NCBI GenBank assembly: GCA_963843575.1
Contig: CAWJKZ010000014.1
Location: forward strand, 160,001-224,000
Length of the DNA: 64,000 nucleotides
DNA from: an uncultured Acidobacteriota bacterium
Lineage (GTDB): Bacteria; Acidobacteriota; UBA6911
Direction: 5' to 3'
The notes under the pieces are model-generated. The model was not told where the DNA came from. It did not search any database and saw nothing but the letters and a program-made list of their open reading frames with translations. This document shows, one piece after another, positions 9,266 through 18,345 of the stretch (position 1 is the first letter of the stretch; each line of letters opens with the position of its first letter). Made by a program: the position numbers and the translations under genes.

Positions 9266-11338
9266 CTAGGGTTTGAACTGCCGCATCAGGGCGCGGGCAC
9301 CGTCGGAAGTCGCGCTCAGGACCGCCTCCGTCAGGGCGGCCGTCGGGTTGGCGGATCCGCGGCTCTTTGCCTGGCCGCTGCCCGTGGCCGCAACCGCGCC
9401 GTCGGACATCCTCACAAGTTCGAAGGTCACCTCGGCCCGTCCGGCGGTAAAGGTGTTGCCATAGGCGTTCTGGGACTCGAGCGAGCCGTGTGCCGTTCCC
9501 ATGATCACGTAGCCTATGCCGCTGCGACGGATTTCGGCGAAATCGCGGCGATCGAGCGCGGAACGGACGTTGGCAGTCACCATGCCGGACGAAACCACCT
9601 GCAACCCGTTTTCGCGGACGATGTCGGCGACCCTTGCCTGGGCTGCGCCCAGGGGCAGGCGTTCGCCGGCCTGATCGGAGTCCAGGAAAATGAGGACCCC
9701 TTCCGGTGCGGTCGGCTCGGCTTGCACGGGGGTGCCTGCGCCTTTTGCCGCTGCCAATGTTCTGGGGTTGGCGGCAGATGGCCGCAGCTGAACCGCCGCG
9801 GCAGGTTCACCGGGCCGGCTGCGGGGAGCCGCCGGCAGTCTTGCGCCGAGCGCCTGGCCCGGAGCTTGCTGGGGTGAAACCCTGCCGGGAGCCGCGGGCG
9901 AGTTCGGCAGCGCCGCGGGGACTCCTCTCGCCCCTGACGGCGCAGGCTCTGCCGTCGCCTGCGGGGGCTGAGCAGTCGTGGCCGCCGGCGTCAAGGTGGC
10001 CGCCGGTTCGGCGGGAGGGGAGCCGGCTTCCGCGGGTTGCCCGGTCGGGGCAGCTATCCCCTGTGTGGTGGGCTCGGACGGGAAGGCCGTCCCGGCCGCG
10101 GCCTGCATCGGTTCAGAAGCGGCGGCGGGTTCGGCGACCGATGCGGTTTCGGGGGCCTTGTGCATGCGGTTCAGGACGAGATACGCTCCGAGTGCCCCGA
10201 TGAGCACCACCGCGAGGATAGCCCCGATGAATACGAGTCCCTTTCGGGCCGGCGCCGGCGTGCCCTGTGCGGCCAGCTGGCGCCGAAACTCCGTCGGTAT
10301 CGGCGGCGTCGCCGTAAAGGCCTGGGTTGCGGCTGGCACAGGAGTCGCGACCGCAGCGGGCGGAGAAGCCGGGCCCGGAGGACTCAACGGCGCGATGGCC
10401 GGAGCGGTCTGGCGATCCAGCACCGTCGCTTTTTCGGGGGTGGGTAGAATCTGTGCGCCCGCGGGCGCCGCCAGCCACTGGGCCAGCACTTTTCGGGTGT
10501 AGAGCTGACCGCGGCCGGCGGCTCGTTCCTGCTCCTCGAAAGCATCCATGGCGGCCAGGACTTCGTCCGCCGTTTGATACCGTTCCGCCGCGTCCTTGGA
10601 CAGGCAACGGAGGACAATCTGCTCGAGGGCCAACGGGATGTTGGGAAGGAGCTGCGTTGGCGGTATCGGGGGAGTCTGGACGTGGTGAATCATGATCTGG
10701 AAATCACTCTCGTCCTTGAATGGCACCCGGCCGGTCAGCAGTTCGAACAGAATGACCCCGAAAGAGTACAGATCCGAACGAGCGTCGACCGTCTCTCCTC
10801 GCACCTGCTCGGGGGACATGTAGAAGACAGTACCGACCAACGCGCCGGTCGCGGTGAGGCTTTTGGCCCCGTGGACCTTGGCGATGCCGAAGTCCATCAC
10901 CTTCGCAAGCCCGTCGGGGGTCAGCATGATGTTGGAGGGCTTAAGATCGCGATGCACGATGCCCCTGCGGTGGGCGGCGGAGAGGCCGTCGAGGACCTGC
11001 TTCGCGATGCCGACCACGACGTGGGGGGCCAGCGCCCCGGTGGAGCGCACCAAGTCCGCAATGGTTCTCCCATCCACGTATTCCATGACCATGTAGTAGG
11101 AGTTACCGATGGGTTCGAACTTGAAAAGGGAGACGATGTTGGGGTGGTTCAAGCTGGCCTGGACCTTGGCTTCCGCTTCGAACCGCTCGAGTTCCTTTCC
11201 CCCGGTGAGAGAGGGATTGAGGACCTTGATCGCCACCTTGCGTCCCAGCGTCGTGTCCTCGGCCTCGTAGACGGTGCCCATGCCGCCCTGGCCGAGCTTC
11301 CCAGTGATCCTGTGATTACCGATCGTCTCGCCGATCAT
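9266..11338 (-). CDS. Membrane Hanks-type Ser/Thr protein kinase with Pro/Ala linker and extracytoplasmic alpha/beta domain
   Basis: GQGGMG, VAIK, HRDLKPSN, DFG, SPE motifs; TM GLVFIGAILAVVLIGALGAYLVL. Start MIGETIG at 11338 follows GAGGGGG. Confidence 0.9.
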   Translation of the reverse strand: MIGETIGNHRITGKLGQGGMGTVYEAEDTTLGRKVAIKVLNPSLTGGKELERFEAEAKVQASLNHPNIVSLFKFEPIGNSYYMVMEYVDGRTIADLVRSTGALAPHVVVGIAKQVLDGLSAAHRRGIVHRDLKPSNIMLTPDGLAKVMDFGIAKVHGAKSLTATGALVGTVFYMSPEQVRGETVDARSDLYSFGVILFELLTGRVPFKDESDFQIMIHHVQTPPIPPTQLLPNIPLALEQIVLRCLSKDAAERYQTADEVLAAMDAFEEQERAAGRGQLYTRKVLAQWLAAPAGAQILPTPEKATVLDRQTAPAIAPLSPPGPASPPAAVATPVPAATQAFTATPPIPTEFRRQLAAQGTPAPARKGLVFIGAILAVVLIGALGAYLVLNRMHKAPETASVAEPAAASEPMQAAAGTAFPSEPTTQGIAAPTGQPAEAGSPPAEPAATLTPAATTAQPPQATAEPAPSGARGVPAALPNSPAAPGRVSPQQAPGQALGARLPAAPRSRPGEPAAAVQLRPSAANPRTLAAAKGAGTPVQAEPTAPEGVLIFLDSDQAGERLPLGAAQARVADIVRENGLQVVSSGMVTANVRSALDRRDFAEIRRSGIGYVIMGTAHGSLESQNAYGNTFTAGRAEVTFELVRMSDGAVAATGSGQAKSRGSANPTAALTEAVLSATSDGARALMRQFKP

Positions 11339-11500
11339 CGTCTCGCCCCCTCGATGTGTGTGGTATCGGCTGCAGTTTAGCAGAACCGTATGCAAAATGC
11401 TGTTCACCTGCGCGCCTTCGCGGCCATTCCGCGTTGCTGGTTACCGTCGGTAATCCCTGGGACACACAAGGAGCGATGCCGGTCCGGGTGGTGCGAGCAG

Positions 11501-12823
11501 TTAGAAGCTGTATTCGATTCCGATCAGGGGGGTGGCCCGGTCGCGCAGCCCCGCATCGTTGAGTTTGAAAAGAAGGTTGAAGTTGACGAGAAGCTTGCCG
11601 CCGATGTTTGTTTTTATGCCCGCGGCGCCGCTGAACTGGTTGAACGACCCGCGCACGAAAGCAAGATCAGGAAAACTTACGGTCCCGTTCGGCACGGCCT
11701 GCGTGAAGGTGCGCGCCACGACCCGCGGCGAATCAAAACTCCTTTGCCCGAGCACGTCGAGGGCGAGGGTTAGGCGTTCCGAGATGCCCACGTCGGCCCC
11801 CGCGACCCAGAGGAACAGGTTGGGCAGGTCCCCCTTTCGCCCGGTCGCCACATCTCCGGCCAGCACGCTCTTGCCGTTCCACTGATAGGAGCAATTGAAG
11901 TGGGGAGCAATGTGGCCGGCGAGCACCGAGAGAGCGGCAAACGGCTTCACCCCTGGCGCGCCCGAGCCGAGAAGATCCTCCGCATCGCCCGTGGGCGCCC
12001 GTGCGTCGACGCCGAGGGCGAGTCCGACCGGGCCGCGTTTCAGGGCGGTTGCCTTGGCCCGCACGATCACGTCACCCATCCCACTCGCACTGCCGGAGGC
12101 GAAAAACTGGCGCTGCGTACCGTATTGCCCCGGTGCTGCGGGATCCCTGAAGAAATGGATTCGCGGATCTTCGGCCGTCCCGAAGCGCTGAATGACGGCG
12201 TTGGACACCACACTGAGGCTGCTCCGGACGACGGGCACCGCTACCGAGATATCGAGGCGGTCGAGTACTCCGTAGGTGAGAAAGGCCGTGGTCTGGCCCA
12301 CGCTGGCGTTGATCGTGTTCTGGGTCGTGACCACGTCGACGCGGCCGCCCCCGAGTTGGTAGTCGTCGTGCCGGAAAACCGCCGGTATGCGGGACAATTC
12401 GAATCCCTCGATGGAGTCGAACGAGAAGTGCTGATAGTTCAGGCCAAATGAAATCCGTCCCTTGCCGATGGTCTCGGCGCGTTCGGCCAGGATGGGTCCG
12501 AAACTCTGGGTCGAACGCTTGAACGTGCCGGTCGACGTGTCGAAAACGTAGGTGAATCCCGAGGCCGGGGAGGGGAGCGGCAGAGACGTCAACTGCCCCA
12601 CCATGGCGACGTTGAATTGAAGGAATTCGGACTGAAATCCGCTGTTGAAGTGGCCCGAGTGGGTGGAGCCGTCGGGCAAAACCGCCTCGCTGTCCACCAC
12701 GAGCCCGTTGGGGCCGTACATGTCGCGGAAGAGGCGCGACAGTTTGGCCGTCCTCTGGGCGTAGGCGGGCGGATAGCCCGCCAGCAGGAACAAGACGAGC
12801 GTCAACAGCAGCCTCTGCGACAT
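11501..12823 (-). CDS. Putative outer-membrane beta-barrel protein (transporter-like)
   Basis: Signal peptide, alternating amphipathic strands, ERAETIGKGRISFGLNY and SGMGDVIVRAK motifs, C-terminal IGIEYSF Bam signal. Confidence 0.7.
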   Translation of the reverse strand: MSQRLLLTLVLFLLAGYPPAYAQRTAKLSRLFRDMYGPNGLVVDSEAVLPDGSTHSGHFNSGFQSEFLQFNVAMVGQLTSLPLPSPASGFTYVFDTSTGTFKRSTQSFGPILAERAETIGKGRISFGLNYQHFSFDSIEGFELSRIPAVFRHDDYQLGGGRVDVVTTQNTINASVGQTTAFLTYGVLDRLDISVAVPVVRSSLSVVSNAVIQRFGTAEDPRIHFFRDPAAPGQYGTQRQFFASGSASGMGDVIVRAKATALKRGPVGLALGVDARAPTGDAEDLLGSGAPGVKPFAALSVLAGHIAPHFNCSYQWNGKSVLAGDVATGRKGDLPNLFLWVAGADVGISERLTLALDVLGQRSFDSPRVVARTFTQAVPNGTVSFPDLAFVRGSFNQFSGAAGIKTNIGGKLLVNFNLLFKLNDAGLRDRATPLIGIEYSF

Positions 12824-12866
12824 GAACTGCCTCCGTGGTCAATGGTTGCGCCGCTTCCGTTCCTGC

Positions 12867-15226
12867 TCAGCGCAACGGATCAAAGCGTATTTTGTCCAGC
12901 AGCCAGGTGCCTGCGCCCTTGTGCATCGTGATAAAGGCCCGGTTGGCGGTTTCGAGTTTCTGACCGTCGAGCGTTTGGATCACATACACACGCCGTGCGG
13001 ACACGGTTGCGGAATCGCCCGAAATCCTGATGTCGGGTTCGACGAGCTGCACGCGGATCTCTCGGGCGTTCATGAACTCACTGCGCAGCGCTTCTTCCTG
13101 CTTGCCGCTCAATGTCGGCCATACGGTCTTCAGGGCAGCCATGTCTCTGGCCTGCAAGGCCGCGGCGTACTGCTGCAGCGAGGAGGATATGGCTTCGTGC
13201 TCCGACGTGGCGGACACAGGGGCCGGGGCGACCTCGGGGACAGCGGCGGGAGGTTTCGGCGCGTTCGCGAGGGCGGCGGAGACGGCCCGCTGCATCGACG
13301 CCGCGGCGGCGCCGAACTGGTCCTTCGCGGTGGTGTAGTCCTGGCGCTCGAAGGCAGCCTGGGCCTGCATCCCCAGGTTGAGCGCTTCCTGGAACTTCTG
13401 GGGTGCGCGCGCCGCCGCGTCGGCGTTTACCGCGCCCTGGCGCGCCTGGTCGAACGAGCGGCGGCCGAGCTCCGCCTCGGTGCGCAGCACGGCCGTCTGC
13501 CTGTCCTGTTCGGCTTGCCGCGCCCGTGCCTCGTTGCGGGCGTCTGCCTCCAGGGATGCACTCGTGTACAGGCCGCTCGTTTCGTACAGCTTAGCGGCCG
13601 CCTGCTCGAATTCGCGCCTCTCATAAAGACCGCGGGCTTCGAGCTCGGTCTTCTGCGCCGCCTCGTAAGATTTTACGGCCAGCTGGGGAGCCCCGGCTGC
13701 CTCTGCCCGCGACCTTGACTGAACCATCTGACGGAGCGCGTCCCCGGCAGCTTTCGCGGATGTTTCCTGATCGGGCGGCCTTGACGGTGCGTCGCCCGCT
13801 CGGGGACGGGATGACGTCCGGCCCCGGGCCACGGGCCGCGGCCTGGCTGGTCGTCGTACCGGGGTGTCGCGGTGAGGGCTGTGCGCCCGTCGATTCGGAA
13901 TCGGCAAAGGACGAGCGGGGCTGTACTTCTCCCGGCGCAGGGGCGGTGATCCCTCCGCTCCCGGGCTCCGGTTCCGGCCGCGGGGTGCCGGGGGGAGTCC
14001 GTGACGCACGGCGGTAGCGTTCGGGTGAACGGCTGTGGGAGAGGCGGCCGGCGACGGCAGGCTTGATCCCTGACCGCCCTGACTTTCCGCGGGCCCCCGG
14101 CGCAGCCACCAGATCGAGGACAGGGAAAGGACCAAGATCAGCGAGGCCCCTGCATACAGGATGGCCCTGCGCGGCGTGAGGGCCCTGGGACCCGTTCCCG
14201 ACACCTGGGCGTGGGAAGGCGATTCCGGCGCCTTGGAGCGCTCCAGCACGGGGGTGGGGGTAGTCGGCATCGTCCAGGCGGAATTGGCCCCATGCGTTTG
14301 CCCGGCGGGTGGTTCCTCCACCGGCTGTGGTTGGGGGATGGTCGGGGCTTCGAGCCAGGTGCCGTTCAACGACCACCCCGAGACCGCCGGACGCTCGCTC
14401 CCGCCGGCCCGGCCGCGGGAAGCGACGCGGCGACGCTCTCGAGGTCGCTCAGGAGTTCGTCGACGGTCTGGTAACGGTCTTGCACCTCCTTGGCCAGCGC
14501 GCGCATGACGATCGCGGCCAGACGGGGATCGATCGAGGCATCAAGTCGTTCCGGCGACTCAGGATCGGCTTGGAGTATTTTCATGATGGTCGCCGGAATC
14601 GAGTTCTCGTCGAAGGGACGGCGCAGCGTCAGCAGCTCGTAGGACAGGGCACCCACCGAAAATATGTCCCCCCGGTGATCGACGCGCTCGCCCCGCACCT
14701 GCTCCGGAGACATGTAGTTGGGTGTCCCGATCGGTGCGCCCGTGCGGGTGATGTCGCCGGCAACCAGGCGGGCCAGCCCGAAATCGAGGATCTTCACCTC
14801 CCCGGAGTTGGCCAGAAAGACATTGGCGGGTTTGATGTCCCGGTGTACGACCTGACGGCTGTGCGCGTGGCTCAGCCCCCGGCAGATGGCCTGCATGATT
14901 CGGAGCTTGCTGCCGAGCGACAAGGGTACCCGTTGCGTGATTTTCGCCTTGAGATCAGCGCCTTCCAGGTATTCCATCGCGAGGTAGGCTACGCCGTTGT
15001 CCTCGCCGATGTCGTAGATTGTGATGATGTTCGGATGGGACAAGCGCGCGGCCGAACGCCCCTCGCGAAAGAAGCGGGCCCTCAGTTCGGGTTCGGAGTC
15101 GAGGTGAGCGCTTATAGTCTTGAGAGCGACAACTCGTTCGAGCAGGGGATCCCGTGCCTTGTGGACGACTCCCATGCCACCCTGTCCCAGTTTCCCGAGG
15201 ATCAGGTATTTCCCTACCTTGTCCAA
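12867..15226 (-). CDS. Membrane Ser/Thr protein kinase with periplasmic helical and NTF2/SnoaL-like domains (apparent frameshifts near 14400, 14015, 13800)
   Basis: Kinase motifs (GQGGMG, VALK, HRDIKPAN, DFG, SPE) in ORF 14366-15295 with probable TTG start at 15226. TM AILYAGASLILVLSLSSIWWL and C-terminal QQYAAALQARDMAALKTVWP...DIRISGDSATV...GTWLLDKI lie in ORF 12867-14369. Confidence 0.75.
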
Positions 15227-15384
15227 GCGACCGCCCCGTTGCAGGCTTTCCGCGCCGCCACAGCCGGGACTTCGGAGCGAAACACCCCGAGGCACTCGTC
15301 GGACGCTGCTGCGAGTTTCGGTCTGATCTGCTGTTCGTGTCCCGAGCCGGGGTTTGGACCCGCCGACGCACTCAAGTGAGATCC

Positions 15385-15413
15385 ATTAAAGCACAAGCTC
15401 ATAAGGCGCTCAA
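15385..15413 (-). promoter_or_regulatory. sigma70-like promoter for the kinase/barrel unit
   Basis: TTGAGC-N17-TTTAAT with TGn extension on the minus strand. Confidence 0.45.
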
Positions 15414-15431
15414 TAGTCAATACTAGTGTTC

Positions 15432-15445
15432 TTGCGCTGGATCAA
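15432..15445 (+). promoter_or_regulatory. FNR/Crp-family-like box
   Basis: TTGCG-CTGG-ATCAA versus consensus TTGAT-N4-ATCAA (8/10). It lies upstream of TGATATTGT (15462-15470) and TATAAT (15481-15486), ahead of the hemerythrin gene. Confidence 0.45.
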
Positions 15446-15555
15446 AGATGTACATCGACAGTGATATTGTCTTTCGATATTATAATGGCAAGACGCCAGC
15501 TGACGGCGAACCGCGAACACCGAACGCCGGCATCCCGGACGGAGGAGCCAACCGC

Positions 15556-16161
15556 ATGGCGGACCCCATAGGTATCCTGACAGGCGAGCACCGCATCATC
15601 GAGGACGTCCTTGGGGCGCTTGAGAACTTCATCGAGCACCTCGGCTCCCCGGGGGCGCAGGAACGGAGCGATGTCGCCGCCTTTGCCCGGTTCTTCCACG
15701 AATTCGTGGATCGGTGTCACCACGGGAAAGAGGAAAACTACCTCTTCGTGCGAATGAGTGCGTACGGTTTTTCCAGGGAGAACGGTCCGGTGTCGGCCAT
15801 GCTCTCGGAGAAGGACGAGGGGCGCGACCACCTCCTCGCGCTTGCGGCTATCGGCGCGGGCGAGGGGCCCTTGAGCGGGAGGGAGCAGTCCGACGTGCGC
15901 GGGCACGGGCTCGGGTATATCCTGCGGATCCGTCCACATGTGATGCGGGAGGAGGACATCCTCTTCCCGATGGTGGTGCACGCCCTGCCCAGGTTCGTTC
16001 TCGACGAACTCGGACGCGATTTCGAGACCTTCGACCGCTCTACGCTCCCGCCCGGGTTTCACGAAGAGCTGCGTCGTCTCTCGACGAGCCTGGTCGCCCG
16101 CTATTCCTCCAGACGCGGGGATTCCAGAGCCGAAAAGGACGCGACGCGGGCTCGGTTTTAG
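15556..16161 (+). CDS. Hemerythrin/HHE cation-binding domain protein
   Basis: EHRII, DRCHHGKEENYLF, GPVSAML, HVMREEDILFP; GGAGGAG RBS before ATG 15556. Confidence 0.85.
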   Translation: MADPIGILTGEHRIIEDVLGALENFIEHLGSPGAQERSDVAAFARFFHEFVDRCHHGKEENYLFVRMSAYGFSRENGPVSAMLSEKDEGRDHLLALAAIGAGEGPLSGREQSDVRGHGLGYILRIRPHVMREEDILFPMVVHALPRFVLDELGRDFETFDRSTLPPGFHEELRRLSTSLVARYSSRRGDSRAEKDATRARF

Positions 16162-16313
16162 GCACCCGTCGGGAAGGGCCGCCAGGGGCTAGTTTTTTTG
16201 TTTCGCGGATTGCCGTTCATGGTATATTCCGCGCAAAGCCTCACGTATTGCGCCTGTTACAGGCGTGTTCCGATGGGGCTGAGGATCAACAGGTTCCAAG
16301 GAGAAGGATAAGA

Positions 16314-18266
16314 ATGCACAGACCGATCAAGTACGTGGAGAAGGCTTTGACCGTCACGGCTGGCATGGCGTTCGACACGATCCAGTTCTTCAACAAGCAC
16401 CGGCCGAATCCGTCATTCACGCCGAAATGGTCTGACAAGCCATTGCAGAAGTCCTGGCAGAAGACAAAGCCCCCACTTGGTTGGCCCCGCACCACGGACT
16501 CTCTGTGCCCGAGGTGCGTCATCGAGGCACGCAAGAAGATCCTCGACGGCGAAGAGGATTATCGAATCCTCATCAACGAGAAGGTCGGCGAGATCAAGGC
16601 CTCGATCGTTGATCGCGACGGCGAGATATGGATGGTCAAAGAGTGCCCGAAGCACGGCCGCTTCGAGGACCTCATGGCGGAGGACCGGAAGTTCCTGGAA
16701 CACGTCGAAGCCATGTACCCCGGGCGCGACATTGACGCGCACAACGACCAGGCCCTGCACAACCACGGCTCGAGCACCATCAAGTTCGGCCGCGGCGCCG
16801 TCCTGACCGTGGACCTGACCAACCGCTGCAACATGATGTGCGATCCGTGTTTCATGGATGCCAACCAGGTCGGCTTCGTCCACGAGCTGAGCTGGGAAGA
16901 GATCAAGGAAATTCTCGACAACGCGATAACCATCAAGCCGCGGCGCCAGATGTCGGTTCAGTTTTCCGGCGGCGAACCCACTTTGTCCCCGCATTTCTTC
17001 GACGCCATCGCCTATTCGCGCAAGGTGGGTTTCAACAGCGTTCAGGCGGCGACCAACGGCATCGAGTTCGCCAAGGACATCGCCTTCGCCCGGCGCGCCT
17101 ACGAGGCCGGGCTGCGTTACGTCTACCTGCAGTTTGACGGTGTCGGCAACGACGCGAACGGACACCGGAAGATCGGCAACCTCTTCGATGTGAAGCTGCG
17201 CGCCATAAACAACCTGCACGAGGCGGGCGTCGATATCGTGCTGGTCACGACGCTGGTCAACGGGATCAACAACGACCAGGTCGGTCCGATCATCCAGTTC
17301 GCGATGGACAATCCCAAGAAGATCTCGTTCATCTCCTTCCAGCCGGTGTCATTCACCGGCAGGGACGAGGAGGTCACCGACGAGCGCCGGCGCCAGCAGC
17401 GCTACACGCTGTGTCACATGGCGCATGACGTCAAGGACCAGCTCGGCATCTCGGAGCCGACGCGCGACTGGTTCCCGATCTCGACCATGAGCGTCTTCTC
17501 GGATTTCGCGGATCTCGTGCACGGGCCCCAGGCCGATTGGGGGCATCTCAGCTGCGGCTGCCACCCCAACTGCGGCGTGGGCACGGGGTTCATGATCAAC
17601 AAGGAGACCAAGGAACGGGCGATGGTGCCGGAGTTCATCAACGTCCCGCACCTGATCAAGGACACCCAGAAGGTCACCGATGCCGCTCGTAGCAAGGGTT
17701 TCTCGAACTTCATGATGGCGCTCGCGCTGCTGAAGAACTACGACCCGTTCAAGTCCCCGCGCAGCCTCAAGATGTCCGACATCCTCAAGAAGTTCGACAA
17801 GACCATGGGGGCCACCGGGCGCAGTTACGGCAAAGGCCTGGAGCGCCGGAAAGATCCGTGGAACTTCCTGTTCGTGGCGGGCATGTGGTTCCAGGACCTG
17901 TTCAACTACGATTTCCGGCGCACGGAGATGTGCATCATCCCTTACGGGACGCAGGAGGGAGAAATCTCCTTCTGCGCCTACAACACGGGGGTGGGTTGGC
18001 GGAATATCATCGAGAAGATGCACATGAACGCCACCGTCGCAGCCTGGTACAAGGAGTACGGCCGGCACAAGGTCTACGCCAACGGCAAGTCCGTCGAGCT
18101 CGACTCCTACGACCACAGCCTGGTGGTGGATCCGCTGGCCGCCGCGCGGGTCAGGGAGAAGCCCGCGGGTCCGCAGACCGCTCACGAAGAGGAACTGATG
18201 ATGCGGCGGATGTACGACGAGATGGTCCTCGGCAAGAAATCGGAGGACTTGGTTCAGCTCAAGTAG
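16314..18266 (+). CDS. Radical SAM protein homologous to tetraether lipid synthase (Tes/GDGT-MAS)
   Basis: N-terminal TDSLCPRC...KECPKHG; DLTNRCNMMCDPCF (CxxxCxxC); QFSGGEPT; YLQFDG; FQPVSFTGR; CHPNCG; GMWFQDLFNYD.RR..CII.Y...G.ISFCAYN. AAGGAGAAGGA RBS. Confidence 0.8.
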   Translation: MHRPIKYVEKALTVTAGMAFDTIQFFNKHRPNPSFTPKWSDKPLQKSWQKTKPPLGWPRTTDSLCPRCVIEARKKILDGEEDYRILINEKVGEIKASIVDRDGEIWMVKECPKHGRFEDLMAEDRKFLEHVEAMYPGRDIDAHNDQALHNHGSSTIKFGRGAVLTVDLTNRCNMMCDPCFMDANQVGFVHELSWEEIKEILDNAITIKPRRQMSVQFSGGEPTLSPHFFDAIAYSRKVGFNSVQAATNGIEFAKDIAFARRAYEAGLRYVYLQFDGVGNDANGHRKIGNLFDVKLRAINNLHEAGVDIVLVTTLVNGINNDQVGPIIQFAMDNPKKISFISFQPVSFTGRDEEVTDERRRQQRYTLCHMAHDVKDQLGISEPTRDWFPISTMSVFSDFADLVHGPQADWGHLSCGCHPNCGVGTGFMINKETKERAMVPEFINVPHLIKDTQKVTDAARSKGFSNFMMALALLKNYDPFKSPRSLKMSDILKKFDKTMGATGRSYGKGLERRKDPWNFLFVAGMWFQDLFNYDFRRTEMCIIPYGTQEGEISFCAYNTGVGWRNIIEKMHMNATVAAWYKEYGRHKVYANGKSVELDSYDHSLVVDPLAAARVREKPAGPQTAHEEELMMRRMYDEMVLGKKSEDLVQLK

Positions 18267-18290
18267 CTGCCTTCACATTCCGATAGCAAG

Positions 18291-18326
18291 AACAGCGACG
18301 GGCGTGCGCGCTCGTCGCTGTTTTTT
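18291..18326 (+). terminator. Rho-independent terminator
   Basis: Stem AACAGCGACGGGCG, loop TGCG, stem CGCTCGTCGCTGTT running into a T tract, between convergent genes. Confidence 0.85.
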
Positions 18327-18345
18327 ATTAGGGGCGGGGCGACGC

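Noticed and set aside
9700-10450. Pro/Ala-rich segments as tandem DNA repeats
   Set aside because: They are low-complexity protein linkers with no regular repeat unit.
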